A stretch of 64,000 nucleotides of DNA from the NCBI RefSeq assembly GCF_963921235.1, contig NC_086097.1, positions 239,074,001 to 239,138,000 of the forward strand. The letters are read 5' to 3'. The translations under genes were made by a program, and so were the position numbers. Positions within the stretch are counted from its first letter, which is position 1. Every line of letters begins with the position of its first letter. The notes beneath the pieces were generated by a model. The model had not been told where the DNA came from. It ran no database searches and saw only the letters and a program-made list of their open reading frames with translations. Origin of the DNA: Mobula hypostoma. Lineage: Eukaryota. This document shows, piece by piece, positions 24,285 to 37,489 of this stretch.

Positions 24285-25990
24285 CACCCTTGCACAAGGT
24301 GTTGCCTAGCCCCCGATCAGGGTCACGTGATGCCATGGTGGTGAATGGTTGAACGAGCAGCTGGTGCTTGACCAGACTCTCGCTCGGTGCTGCCGGGGAA
24401 GGTGTCTGCATATGGCAGTCTCCCGCTTGCTGCTCCCAAGGGAAGATGCTTGTGTTCTCTTTCTCCATCAATACTGTCCGCAGATGGAGCTGGACCAAGG
24501 TTTAGAAACATAGAAACATAGAAAATAGGTGCAGGAGTAGGCCATTCGGCCCTTCGAGCCTGCACCGCCATTTATTATGATCATGGCTGATCATCCAACT
24601 CAGAACCCAGCCTTCCCTCCATACCCCCTGACCCCTGTAGCCACAAGGGCCATATCTAACTTCCTTTTAAACATAGCTAATGAACTGGCCTCAACAGTTT
24701 GCTGTGGCAGAGAATTCCACAGATTCACCACTCTCTGTGTGAAGAAGTTTTTCCTAACCTCGGTCCTAAAAGGCTTCCCCTCTATCCTCAAACTGTGACC
24801 CCTCGTTCTAGACCTCCCCAACATCGGGAACAATTTTCCCGCATCTAGCCTGTCCAATCCCTTTAGGATCTTATACGTTTCAATCAGATCCCCCCTCAAT
24901 CTTCTAAATTCCAATGAGTACAAGCCCAGTTCATCCAGTCTTTCTTCATATGAAAGACCTGCCATCCCAGGAATCAATCTGGTGAACCTTCTTTGTACTC
25001 CCTCTATGGCAAAGATGTCTTTCCTCAGATTAGGGGACCAAAACTGCACACAATACTCCAGGTGTGGTCTCACCAAGGCCTTGTACAACTGCAGTAGTAC
25101 CTCCCTGCTCCTGTACTCGAATCCTCTCGCTATAAATGCCAGCATACCGTTCGCCTTTTTCACCGCCTGCTGTACCTGCATGCCCACTTTCAATGACTGG
25201 TGTATAATAACACCCAGGTCTCGTTGCACCTCCCCTTTTCCTAATTGACCACCATTCAGATAATAATCTGTTTTCCTATTTTTGCCACCAAAGTGGATAA
25301 CTTCACATTTATCCACATTAAATTGCACCTGCCATGAGTTTGCCCACTCACCCAACCTATCCAAGTCACCCTGCATCCTCTTAGCATCCTCCTCACTGCT
25401 AACACTGCCACCCAGCTTCGTGTCATCCGCAAACTTGGAGATGCTGCATTTAATTCCCTCATCCAAGTCATTAATATATATTGTAAACGTTTAATCGACA
25501 CGGACTCTGGATGTGAACTCTCAGGTTCATGATATGTTCTAGTTCTGGTCGTTCTTTCTTGTTACTAATTTTGGGCAATTATTGAATCAGAGCAGCCTGC
25601 TGATAATGAACGCTGAGCTGAGCTGTACTGAGATAGGCCTTTCGATTTTTGTGTTTTATATCCTGTGTGACTTTTGTTTCCATTTGCAAAATACTTCTTT
25701 GTGCTGGGGAGGGATTTTGATGTTTGATGTTTTTCATTGGGGGGTTGGTTTCATGGTTTTCTTTGTATCATTGACTGTCTGTGGGAAGACAGGGTTGTAT
25801 ACTGCATACATGCTACATTAATAATGCACTTTATTCTTTGAAGTACAAGTTTATGACCATTGACGCCAAGCAGACAATCTGTGTAGCATATTGATAATGG
25901 CTGGGGTCACCCATCTGGAAAAAACACTGCCCAGAAGTAGCCAATGGCAAATCAGTTCCGTAGAAAAAAATTGCCAAGAACAATCATGGA
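24285..25990 (+). mobile_element. RTE-related short element interrupted at about 24369-25843
   Basis: 3' part caatggcaaatc...ttgccaagaacaatcatgg resembles RTE/BovB UTR motifs. Linking it to the 5' part (gcctagcccccgatcagggtcacgtg) is an inference. Confidence 0.45.
24505..25488 (-). mobile_element. Young CR1, 5'-truncated
   Basis: Minus ORF 24600-25466 is nearly identical to the 62006 copy; (catagaaa)n tail; 5-bp TSD gttta at 24500-24504 and 25489-25493. Confidence 0.95.
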
Positions 25991-26276
25991 TTTACAATTC
26001 TACTGATATATCATAATTATCATCACTAAAAATGAGCATTTTATTCGTATTCCCAAATTATTAATCACACTTAACTGTTATGGCTATTATTGATGGATTT
26101 GAAATTGCTTCTCAGGTTGAACTGTCTAACCATCTGTCCACTACGGTACATTTATACATAACTATACTGGATGGTCTTACTAGGTCATCAGATTTCAGTT
26201 TCACAATGAATTGTGATCAGAAATCAAATGTTCATGGATCAAAAGCAAAAGAGATTCCGCAGGTGCATAAATCTTG

Positions 26277-26501
26277 AGCACCACACACAAAATACTGGAG
26301 AAATGCAACAAGTCAGGGAGCATTTATGGAAGGGAATGAACAGTCAACGTTTCCAGCCGAGATGTTTTCATAAGGACTTCGCAAAACAAGCTATCTTTAG
26401 AGGCAACACACATCAAAGTTGCTGCCTGGCCTGCTGCATTCACCAGCAACTTTGATGTGTGTTGCTTGAATTTCCAGCACCTGCAAATTTCCTCGTGTTT
26501 G
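26277..26501. mobile_element. Old Penelope-like repeat (26277-26378) next to a young inverted pair (26406-26501)
   Basis: The young copy is flanked by tat(c/t)tttagaggca at 26392-26405 and 26502-26515. Confidence 0.75.
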
Positions 26502-26677
26502 TATTTTTAGAGGCATATAAGTTTTGAGAGAATTTCAGATTTTCCCCATCTACATTTATTAAATAATGTGTCAAATTTCTCATTTTTGGGCACTTTGTAT
26601 GTATAAGATTAGGAACAGAGAGGTAAGTGGATCCAGCTATCAGTAAAGAGCCAATCCCTCTCGACAACAAAAATAAA

Positions 26678-27155
26678 GAAGCCTCTGTCAGTCAGGGTCG
26701 ACTGTGGATATTGTGTCCTAGCTGTCTAGATACACAAGCCTGGGCAGTATGATATGCAGAGCAAGCTGTTGCCTCGTTCCACCCATCTGATGAACCCAAG
26801 GGAACAGCAGAGACCGATACAGTTTGGCATCAGCGATGTTGTAGGAGTTGCCAATCAGCATTGAACTCAATGTAGGACTGCCTTAGGAACTCCAGCTTCA
26901 GATATATTGTTCGGGGTTTACTCCTGAAGCTTTCCCCATGCGAAGGTATAGCCACAAGGCGGCAGAGGTTTGAGATCAGAGTTTTCCTTCTCATCTGCCC
27001 AAATTGACAGGTGAGGTGCAGATAGCCCACTTTTGTCTCTTCTCCTGTCAGTAGAAGCCACACGTGAAGACCTGGACTTGGTTGCCAGAGGCTAATTGAG
27101 GCACATACCATTGAGAGCATTTAATAGGTAACAGAAAGTTGTCTGCACTACCAAA
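26678..27155 (-). mobile_element. RTE-type short element, relative of 60037-60611
   Basis: Reverse complement shares agcctctggcaacc, cttcacgtgtggctt, gagaaggaaaactctg and cctaaggcagt. Confidence 0.7.
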
Positions 27156-27509
27156 AGTAAAGAACCATCTAACAAAAAAACAATAGCAAGATATAACTGA
27201 TAATATTGGAACATGCATCAAGAAGTAATCAAGTTTCAGCACTGTTGGTGTTATAAGAATGAAATAGTACCATTCAGGAGTCAAAGGAGAGATACGTGAA
27301 AACTTTCTTTCAGCTTTTCAAGATGTGACAATTGTCCAGAAGGTTATGAGTGGGGAGATGACACCAGTGCTGTTGGGAAGTACGAATCTTGTTTTACCAA
27401 CTTGAAAGTGATGCATATTAAAGTAACCACAGATTCTTCATTCATAATTGGATCAGAAGATGAGGAAAGGGAACTTAAAAAATTAAATTTGAAATATATT
27501 GGAAAAATT

Positions 27510-28082
27510 TGCACCATCTGCAACAGGGAGGATTTCCCGGTGGCCAACCATTTTAATCCCACTCCCCATTCCCATTCTGACATGTTGGTCCATGGCCTCC
27601 TCTTTTGCCACAATGAGGCCATTCTCAGATTGGAGGAGCAATATCTCATATTCCATCAGGCCTCTATCCTGACGGCATTAGCATCGATTTCTCCAACTTC
27701 AGGTAATTCCTCTGCCCTCCGTAGCTTTTCTTTCCCCCATTCTGGCACCTGTCTTACCCTTTTTTTCTGCTCACCTCCTCTGATGTCCCTCTTCCTTCCA
27801 TTTCTCTCACATCAGATTCCTTCTTCTTCACCCTTTTCTATCAATCATCTCCCAACTTCTCACTTCATCTCCCTTCCCTATATACCTACCTACCCCTCAG
27901 CTGGCTTCACCTATCACCTTCCAGCTTGTACTCCTGCCCTTTCCCGCTACCTTCTTATCTTGGCTTCTTCCCCTTCCCTTTCCAGCCCTGATGAAGAGTT
28001 TCATCCTGAAATGTCAACTCTTTATTTCTCTCTGTAAGTGCTGCCTGACCTGTTGAGTTTCTTCAGCATTTTGCATGTGTAT
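27510..28082 (+). mobile_element. Penelope-like element 3' end: GIY-YIG endonuclease C-terminus plus terminal repeat
   Basis: DFPVANHFNPTPHSHSDMLVHGL...LRLEEQYLIFH within ORF 27402-28037, followed by the repeat body and a degenerate hammerhead ctgatga...gaaatgtc (27988-28015). Confidence 0.8.
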
Positions 28083-28639
28083 ATCTGAAAGATCACCTTC
28101 AATGTTTAAAAAGCTGGGAAGAATGGTCAAGTCGTCAGTTATATTACCCTAATGCAGATAGCCATCTGAAAGAAAATTGCTTATGGTTCTTTTAAAGCAG
28201 AATACTTCACTTCTTGAAAATTTAATTTAATCTTTGATTGTCAGATTTTAATGTTCTTTTCCTAGATCAATAGTTTTCATACTTGCTTTTGTTTACAAAT
28301 TGTAATAAAATTAATCTTGCAATTTCAATGCTAGTCACAATGATTTCTAAAGAAAGGAAGATTGATGTCATCATAATTTGTAAATAAATGTGTCTGTAAA
28401 ATATTAGTCACAGTGGCACAGCAGTTAGTGTTGCTACTTTATAGATTAATGGAGCTGCTTTGAAGAAATAAGAGCATCAGAAGGAGGAGCAGGAACAGCT
28501 ATCTGGGCGATTGTGCATGCATCACCATTCTATCAGATCATGGTTGATCTGACCATGGTTTCAGCTCTTCCTTCTTACCTTTACCTCATCACCCTTAATT
28601 TCCCTACTATGAAAAAATTTATCTAACTGTGTCTAACTT

Positions 28640-29530
28640 CTGGTTTAAGATAATGCTGCTGGAGTTGGACGACAGCTTACTGGTGAATCAAAAGGCAAGA
28701 AATAAGAAAAAAAAACTTGACTAATAATACCTTTTCTGTGGTAAATTATGGTAAATTATTGCCACAAACAACAAGGTGGCGAAAAAAGGCAAGGCTTGCT
28801 CAAGGGTTGAGCCGTGCGGGTGCAATACAAAGTCAGAGAGTTGCATGTTCAAGGAGAAGTGGTCGAAGCATGTTTGAGGCATGGTCAAGATGGAGATGGA
28901 ATTGGAGCAAGCAAATCGGAGAGGTGTTGGTGCGGAGGAGTTTCGGAGCCCATCCACCTAAACCAGTAGCGAGGTTGGATCGATTTAAGTGCCAAATCAA
29001 TTTGGAAAGGTCGAGTACAGACTCAGGCTGGACTACGGGGTACAGGCCTAGGCGTGTCGCTGTGTCGGGGCCAGGGTCCTAGTACGGGGAATGACCTGAT
29101 GGTTGAATGATTTAATAGACCTATAAGGCAGAGTGTCAGGACCGGAGTTGGAGATCAGGCCGATCCCATTCGTTCTTTCACAAGGTTTACTCCTCTCACT
29201 CTACGGCACTGAGGCTGTGCGACCTCTCCGTCTGCTCCAGGCTCTGTACCAGCAAGCTTCGCAGCAGTTTGCCCCACTGTATGATGAACTGAGTCGGAGG
29301 CTCTGGGACTGCTCCAGCTGCTCCAGGCTTTGCGTCTATCGACTCAATTTTGGTTCTGAATGCTGTTGCTTGCTTTGATTGCATGATTTGTGTTTTTTTT
29401 CTCTCTCTCTGCACAGTGAGTGTTGTTTTTTCCAAATTGGGTTTTTTTGGATTTCTTGCTTTGTGGCTGCCTGTAAGCAGATGAATGTATAATTTACACA
29501 GTCTTTGATAATAAATGTACTTTGCAATAC
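28640..29530 (+). mobile_element. Non-autonomous element with Rex-like tail
   Basis: GC/CpG-rich noncoding body; tail gtggctgcctgtaagcagatgaat...tttgataataaatgtactttg resembles the Rex 3' UTRs in this window. Confidence 0.5.
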
Positions 29531-29802
29531 ATTGAATCAGGTAGCCTCCATTGCTTTCTGGGCAGGGAAATTTGCAGATTCACTACTTTTTTGGAAAAGT
29601 AGTTCTTCCTCAGCTCCTGAATGGCAGAGCAGGCTCAACAGGCCAGATGACCTACTCCCTCTCCTATTTCTTCTGTTCTTACGTTGAATGTGAGGAAAGA
29701 TGAAATTCTCTGCTTTTCAGGAAACTCCTCACACTCTAATTAGTAACAAGGGCATGAAATGAAGACAAAAGAGATGCAGATAGTGTTTGAATAATAATAC
29801 TG

Positions 29803-29920
29803 AATCCTATGAAGGGTTTCAGCCTTCAACTGTCAACTGTTTATTTCCCTCCATTGACGCTGCCTCAGCTGCTGAGTTCCTCCAGCATATTCCTGCATCT
29901 TCAGAATCTCTTGTGTCTCT
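29803..29920 (+). mobile_element. Degenerate Penelope-like terminal repeat
   Basis: cctatgaagggtttcagcc...gctgagttcctccagcat...tgcatcttcagaatctcttgtgt. Confidence 0.6.
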
Positions 29921-30074
29921 GACCATGGTGTGCAAACTTCTTCATACAAGTGTAAAGACCCGTGGTATGTTCAGACAAAATTTAAATTTTCAGTGAGAAG
30001 CAAAACTAAACTATTTCATCTTAGTCATCCATTTAAATCACACAGAAAGATGTGTCCCTTCGTGTAAATGTAAG

Positions 30075-31153
30075 ACATCCTGAATCCGGGTACGACCTCT
30101 GGAGAGCTAGCTCACGGATGAAGTGGAGATTCCTGGAATCAATGGAGGATGCTCGACAGTTGTGGCAGGGCTTGAATGCTGTCACTCTAAATCAAATGAT
30201 ATGGGAGACATCAGGATCCATCACTTCCAGATCAGCTCAGTCCCTCGCTTTGACCATCAGAACATGGAGGAAGCATCGCAAACTCTCACATCCCCCGAAG
30301 ATCCTATGATTTTGGTCTCTGAAGCTGATGTGTGAGCTGCTTTCAGGGGGGTGAACCCACGAAAGGCATCCAGGCTTGACAGGGCAGCTGGCCATGTACT
30401 AAAGACTCGTGCTGATTAGCTGGCTGGTGTGTTCACTGAGATTGTTAAGGGGTGATGATAAATCAGCCTATAGAGGGAGATCGAAAATCTGGCTGAGTGG
30501 TGTCATGACACCAGCCTCTCACTCACGATCAGCAAGACCAAGGTACTGATTGTGCACCTCAGGAGAGCGAAACCAGATGTCCATGAGCGCGTCCTCATCC
30601 AAGGATCAGAGGTAGAGAGTGTCAGCAACTTTAAATTCCCGGTGTTACTCTTCCAGAGGAGGACTTGTCCTTGGCTCAGCACGTAAGTGCAATTATGAAG
30701 AAATCACGGCAGTACCTCTACTTCTTTAGGAGTTTGCAGAATTGGCATGACATCTAAAACTTTCATAAACTTCTATAGATGTGTCGTGGAGAGGATATTG
30801 ACTGGCTGCATCACAGCCTTGTATGGAAACACCAATGCCCTTGAATGGAAAATCCTACTGAAAGTAGTGAATACGGTCCAGTCCATCATGGGTAAAGCCC
30901 TCCCAATCACTGAGCACATCTACATGAAATACTGTCATTGGAACATCAGGGACCACCACACAGCACATACTCTCTTCTCACTGTTGCCATCAGGAAGAAA
31001 GTACAAGGACCTCAGCTCTCACACCACCAGGTTCAGGAGCCATCACTATTCTATATATTTGTTGAGCTTGCCCACAAGAAAATGAATCTCAGGGTTGTAT
31101 ATGCTGAAATATATGTACTTTGCTAATAAAATTTACTTTGACCTTTGAACTTT
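30075..31153 (+). mobile_element. Rex1/Babar copy with the RT core deleted
   Basis: 30075-30445 matches about 37975-38360 (YDLWRA, DARQLWQG), then jumps to the post-KFADD region; ttgaactttg tail. Confidence 0.8.
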
Positions 31154-31499
31154 GGATTCAGATTTTGTCTTGGAGCTTTCATTACAATGTGTTTATCAGT
31201 TTATCTCATCGGGATTGATTAAAATCTTGCCCAAAAGCACTCGGAATTTGAAGCTTTAACCTTAAGTTAGATCATTATTGGTTGAGAATCTGGTCCTATT
31301 CAAAGAACACACATTGCCCTCACTTTGAAATGGATCATGGCATGCAAAGGTAAAGATGAAGATCTGCTTTATTTGCCACTTGTACATTGAAACATCGAAG
31401 CAAGGAGTGAAATATGGTATTTGCATCGAATCTTACGGGCGAGGATTGTGTTAAAAGCAGCCTGCAAGTGTCGCCATGCTTCTGGCACCACCGTCGCCT

Positions 31500-31670
31500 G
31501 CTCACAACACACTAACCCTGACCTGTACAACTTGGGAACATGGGAGGAGACCAGAGCACCTGGAAGAATCCCAGATGCTCACAGGGACAATATACAAACT
31601 CCTTACAGTCAGTGGCAAGAATTGAATACTGATCAATGATCACTGGCACCGTTAACTGCTGCGCTACCGC
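31500..31670 (-). mobile_element. V-SINE fragment
   Basis: tgggaggagaccagagcacctggaagaatccc...tacaaactccttacag. Confidence 0.7.
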
Positions 31671-32731
31671 TTCCAACAATTACGACCTTGCGAGGAAGCT
31701 CTTCAAGATGTTGCCACAAATGCAGACACACACTTTTAAAGGTTTGTACATATTTAGAATTAATCCCAACAGTGACTTCTGTGCTCAAATGAAACTTGTG
31801 TGGATGACAATTTGGTTTTCAAAGTCAATTATGTTAAATCAGATTCCTCACAATTGATGAGATGCTTATCTTATGTTGCCCTTTTTCAAGAAAAAATCAA
31901 AATTCAGCTGTATAAATAAAACCACTGCATCACACTCTGAAATATACTAATTATTTCACTGCAAGATGGAAACAGGAATGTTGTATTAAATTGCCTCAGT
32001 GCAAAGGCTCACTGATGATTTTAATTTGTGATTATGCAAATAAGTTTGGAATGAAATCTGAACCATTCAGATAAACAACACAACATTTTCTGCATTTTAT
32101 CTATCATACGGGTGCACTAATGCCTCCATTTCTTGGCACAGACTGCCCGGATTCAGATCATACTGTGTGATGGGTGGAAGGAACTTCCATCTTAATGATC
32201 TGACTTCATTTGCCTTTGTGTCTCTGAGGTAAAGGGGTATTATCCACCCCCTAAAATAAATAACATTGTAAACCTGCAAATTATTACTTTTTCTACAGCC
32301 CTGAAATAGATACATCTTGGTATTCCACTGCTAAGTGAAGTATCTCTTCTCAGCAATCAAAACTTCAAACAATGCTGCCTATCGTCGTTCTGCATAAAAG
32401 CTGTTCTCAGTTTCATTACACCTTTCCAAAGACATCCATTTTGATTGCGCATGGCTACCAAAAACATGTCAATGAACATTTACATTCATATCAGCAACAT
32501 GATCATGCAGCCCAAATGCTGATATTTGGAAGGCTGACAGTATATTTCAAAGCAAACCTGTGATTTTTAACGTTCCTGATTTTGATAGATAGTTCCCAAC
32601 ATCACTTAATGTGTTTCAGACTTTATTGATTGAGACATCGTGATTGAGACAGCTGTAATTGGCTGCAGAATTCAGACTATGTCCGTTACTTCCCATCAAA
32701 CACCTTGAACGATCATAAGTAGGTGGAGGCA

Positions 32732-33478
32732 ATTCAAGTTTAATTGTCATGCAACCATGAATACAGCCAAACAAGACAGTGTTACTTCGGGGTCAAGGTG
32801 TAAGACAGTCACACAGTACAAAGCATACATAACATGTGCAAGATGGCAAGCACACGTAAGAGATCAATAAAGTAAAGCCACGTAAAATAAATATAGTCCA
32901 GATCCTGAGTCCATGAATGCTGCAGAAATCTCCAGTCAACCACAATACAACTTGTCTTCTGCCGAAAAAGTACTGAGGGGGCAGCACCAACTCCAGGGTG
33001 GCTGCTGCACCACACCACCCCCTCGCTGAGCACACTGGCTTTAACCCCTCTCTCCTGGCAGCTGTAAACAGGCAACCTTGTGTCTTGAGGCCTGGTCCTC
33101 GCTACGGATGAAACCACACAGCCTCCCGGCCGTCCACCCCTATTGTCCGCCAATCAGACTTGCAACATTCCACATTAACAATGTCCAGGAGGGTCTTGCG
33201 ATCACAAGAAAAGCAATTAAGATGATCACTCGCTATTAGACTGCATGCCTCCTTCCCTGCACCTCCCTGATGCAAGCAGCAGCACGATCTGCACCAAGTC
33301 CAGCCACTTCAGTTTCTCTGCTAATGAGCAACTGGCTGATGGGGTAGACCTGCATTTAAGTTCTTACTGTCTAGCAGGATCTTGCAATCTTAAAAAAAAA
33401 GTTTTAAAATGACAGTAGCGCCACTTGTCGACCCCGTAGAAACTACTGTGATCAAATGCGCCGCTATCTTGCTGGAAC
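32732..33478 (-). mobile_element. Non-autonomous element family B
   Basis: Collinear with 36748-37262 (ttcaag..taattgtcat tail, ttccacatt.acaatgtcca, head aagatagcggcgc). Confidence 0.65.
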
Positions 33479-34489
33479 AAGAGGGTAATCTTTGCTTTGT
33501 GGTAATCCGAAAAAAAAAATAAAATCAGTTATCATGGCCTGCTGGCTTGGTTATAGTTCTGAAAGCAGAACTTATCCAAAGCCAAGCAAAATCCCAGATA
33601 TAACTCAGGCAATTTGCACTAAATAGTTACACTAACATCATTAATTGGTTTTACAAGGCAGGTCCAAGGGAGCTGAAGGAACAGTTCTAATATTTTCAGC
33701 AGTGATTAGAAACATAGAAAATCTACAGCACAATATAGGCCTTCGGCCACAAAGCTGTGTCGAACCTAGGCTAGGTTTACCCATAGTCCTCTATTGACTA
33801 TATAGAAAAGATTGATAAGAATAAGATTGACTATATAGAAAATCCCAGATAAATTTAAGAATAATCCTATGATTATTTTAAAGAATTTTCTGACTATCTC
33901 CAGTTGGATTGTTAGTTTTCGATACTTGAAGCATGTAAATGTGTTTCAAAAGTACTTGAAAGTGTTTGAAAGAGCATCAGGTTCATTTATTTTATTTTGT
34001 GATACAGTGCGGAGTAGGCCCTTCTGGCCCTTCGAGTCACATCGCCCCAGCAACCCCCAACAAACCCAATTAATCTCTTTACTTATAATATAGTACAGTT
34101 CTTTATAATTCTCTCATGATATTGGAATGTTAGGCTACTTCCCAGTGCAGCTGCTCACCACGGAGAGTCCCCTGAGCAATTCCTGCAAGTTCGTCTTCGG
34201 AGCAAGTGCCAGGGGCAAGGTCAGTGGTGGACACCAACAGTGTCCTCTAATCTCACCAGAGAAAATTATGCACCTAGAATAGGATCTGATATCAAGTATC
34301 AACATTATATGCCATATAAAAGTATTAGGAATTTACTGTGGTATGTTGGCAGGGTGCAACATGGAACAACAACAAAAATCATCTAACAACCATTAAGAAT
34401 AAAGAAATATATTAAAATAATAAAGTAACATGTCAAAGGATCGATATGGATCGATATGGAACAAACAAATAAACAAATAAATAAATCTC

Positions 34490-34992
34490 TGCTGCGTGAT
34501 CCTAAATCTCCGGAGGGGAAGGCCCCGAGTCCTCGGCTTTGCTTGTTGCTCAGCGGCTGGGACGGGGTCGAAATGCTCGGCAGAGATGGTGCTCGGTGTC
34601 GAAGGGCTGGTCGGAGGCTTGAGGCTTTCGGACGGACTCAGTGTCGGCTGTGGTCGAGTGCTTCCAATGCATCGACAGTTGTCAGTGCCTGGAGGTTTAT
34701 GGCAGAGAGAGTTTCTCCCTTCTGCCGCCTGCTATCGGGACTATTGGGAGTCAACTGGAACTTTAAGACTTTTTTTTAACCATTCCATGGTCTGCTCTTT
34801 ATCAAATTACGGTATTGTTTTGCATTGCTGTAACTATATGTTATAATTATGTGGTCTTGTCAGTGTTAGACTTTGGTTTGTCCTTTTTTGGTGATATCAC
34901 TCCGGAGGAACGTTGTATCATTTCTTAATGCATGCATGCATTTCTAAATGACAATAAACGACAACTGAGTGTCCTCATAATCTAATCTAATT
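34490..34992 (+). mobile_element. Non-autonomous element family A, 5'-truncated
   Basis: Matches 52230-52695; ctcataatctaatctaa tail. Confidence 0.8.
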
Positions 34993-35069
34993 CTTACAAT
35001 GTGAACAACATTATATAAAGTGGTTTGAAGTATCTCCAGTGCAGTGCAGTGACAAGGTTAATAAAACTA

Positions 35070-35292
35070 TGGGGTTTCATGCTAGTGTAGCAGTTCGCAC
35101 AATGCTTTACAGTACCATCAACCCTGGTTCAATTTCTGCTGCTGCCTGAAAGGTACGTTCTCCCCGTGACCGCGTGGGTTTCCTCCGGGTGCTCCAGCTT
35201 CTTCCCACAGTGCAAAGTTGTACCGGTTGGTAACTTAATTGGTGATTGCAAGTTGTCCCCTGATTAGACTGGGATTAATTTGGGGATTGCTT
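35070..35292 (+). mobile_element. V-SINE
   Basis: A-box-like tagtgtagcagtt, B-box-like ggttcaattt, core gcgtgggtttcctccgggtgctccagcttcttcccacag. Confidence 0.85.
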
Positions 35293-36677
35293 TCACATTT
35301 TCACAAAGTTATTTTGATGTTGGCAACAGAAGTAAGCAACTGGGCAGCAAGTACAGGAAGAACTAATCTGAGAACAATGAGGATTCCAGCTGAGGAAAAT
35401 CAAAAGTTTTTTTTTACTTTTAAAATATTTAGCTGATCTGACAGAATTGCATATATGAGTTGCTCTGAGAAATTTGTGGTGGGTCTTGACTGGAATTGCC
35501 TCATTCCTGATAATAACAGAGTACGCATAATAGTATCGTTTAGGGAATTTGCACAATGTGGCTAATTCTCACTAGGCAGCAAGTTCACCTTCACATTGCA
35601 TTTTCTACATGCAACATACACTTGGTTCGTACATTCTCACCAAGCTATCCACAAAGGATTTTAGTAAATATATATGGACAAGACTTTTCTTTAAACCTTA
35701 GTTTTAATCAAAAAGAAACAACGTATTTATAGTTCTCTTAGTGACTTCAAGGCTAAGGAAACACTGTTGAGAGCAGCTGGTGCTAAGTGCAATACCTGTC
35801 CTAAGCATTGTTCTGGACAAAACTTTCAGCACATTCAGAGATTACCAAAGAAAGACAGAGATTGCCGTAAATGAATTTTTCCCTACTTACTGTAGCTGCA
35901 ATTGGATGGTTGGGGTTGTGAAATGACAATATTTCTGCAAGTGCAATATTTATTTCAGGGTCTTCATGGTTATCAATTCTGTTTTTCATCAGTTTCCTCT
36001 GTCTTGGAGGTGTCAGTTCTTTGATTATATTGCTTCACTAAAAGCAGTCCAGCTATTATCCATCAAGAATATTGAATGCAAGAATCACAGTAGACCCAGG
36101 TCCTGGACTTATCCAACAAGAATAGTTGACGGATATCAAAAAGGACTGGCTTCTGCTACCCCAACTCTAACACAGAAATCAGAGATTAGCTCTGTTGATA
36201 ATGTTCTGTGCATAAAGTCCCAAGCATACAGTATTAGGGTGCCTAAAACTTTTGCACAGTACTGTATTTGTCAATGTGGACTGGAGAGCCAGTTTGTAAA
36301 TCTGGAGAGAGCAAAGGATATTGGGAGTGGCCAGGGTGGAGTACTGCGGGAGGGGTGTGAAGCAGGTGGCAGAGAAGGAATGTGAGAGGCGTGGGGGTGG
36401 CGCCGGTACGGACACACCCAACCCAGAGACACCAGGCAAGCTCACTTGATTCCAAACAATTGGTTTATTGATCATTGTAGAACGCCTTTCTGGTGATTCC
36501 CACTCCCTCCCCTCTCCCCTTCCCTTTGTGCAACCATGATTCCCCTCTCCCTGCCCCCTTCCCACTCTCAGTACACAATACAGATCGATATCATAATCAG
36601 GTTTAACATCACTCATATATGTCTTGAAATTTGTTCTTTTGAGGGGCAACAGTACAATGCAATACATAAAATTACTA

Positions 36678-36744
36678 CAGTTCTGTGCACAGGTTTTAGA
36701 CACCCTACCTATATATATGTGCCTAAGATTTTAGCACAGTACTG
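36678..36744. mobile_element. 67-bp Tc1/mariner-type MITE
   Basis: ta|cagttctgtgc...gcacagtactg|ta inverted ends with TA flanks; related copy at about 36200-36267. Confidence 0.65.
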
Positions 36745-36747
36745 TAA

Positions 36748-37262
36748 ATTCAAGTTCAAGTTCAAGATGAATTGTCATTCAACACAGGAATACAGTCACA
36801 CAGAATAGTGTTCCTCTGGGGCCAAAGTACAAAACACATTATAGTCACACACAGCGCACAGACATATGGGCCTTGTTTGTGCAACAACCAAGACAAAATA
36901 GCTCTCCCCCTGTCAGTCTCATTAATGAACTCGTGAATCAGACTCGCAGTATTCCACATTACCAATGTCCAACAGGAGCTTGCAGTTGCAAGAAAAACGT
37001 CCGAGTCAATCATTTCCATCACTTGTAATGCCTTCATGCACTGCTTTCGATACCTTCTTCCCTGTCTGGCTGGAGCAGACTGCAAGATGTCCAGCTCCAT
37101 CGCTATCCAGCAACTCAATAGATTGGTAGACTTGCCGTACCTGATGTTCTTAATATCCAGCAGTGTCTTGCGAATGCAAAAAAGATAAAATAGATGAGCA
37201 ATTGCATCTTTGTTTAGGTTAAGGAAGAGAGCTGCGCCAGAGCGCACTGCCATCTTCTGGGA
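36748..37262 (-). mobile_element. Non-autonomous element family B
   Basis: Head cagaagatggcagtgcgc and (ttgaac)n tail on the minus strand; collinear with 32732-33478. Confidence 0.65.
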
Positions 37263-37489
37263 AAGCCCGGAAAGATAAAAATCTGGTTTGGTAATTCAGT
37301 GCAGTACTATGGAAATATTGTACTGTTGTTATTAGACTTTGAGTGAGATGTTATAACATAGTCATGGTTGCAACTGTACGTGATGTAGTAGATCCCACAA
37401 CACATCCCCTGGCAACTTGTCCATATTTATCATTCAACACAAAAAAAAGATTAGTTGGACTTAATCACAAGCGATTCTGCCAATGTTAG

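Noticed and set aside
27402..28037. 211-aa ORF as a host gene
   Set aside because: It is a chimera of unique flank, Penelope endonuclease end and low-complexity terminal repeat.
35070..35140. tRNA gene
   Set aside because: It is the degenerate tRNA-derived head of a SINE and forms no cloverleaf.
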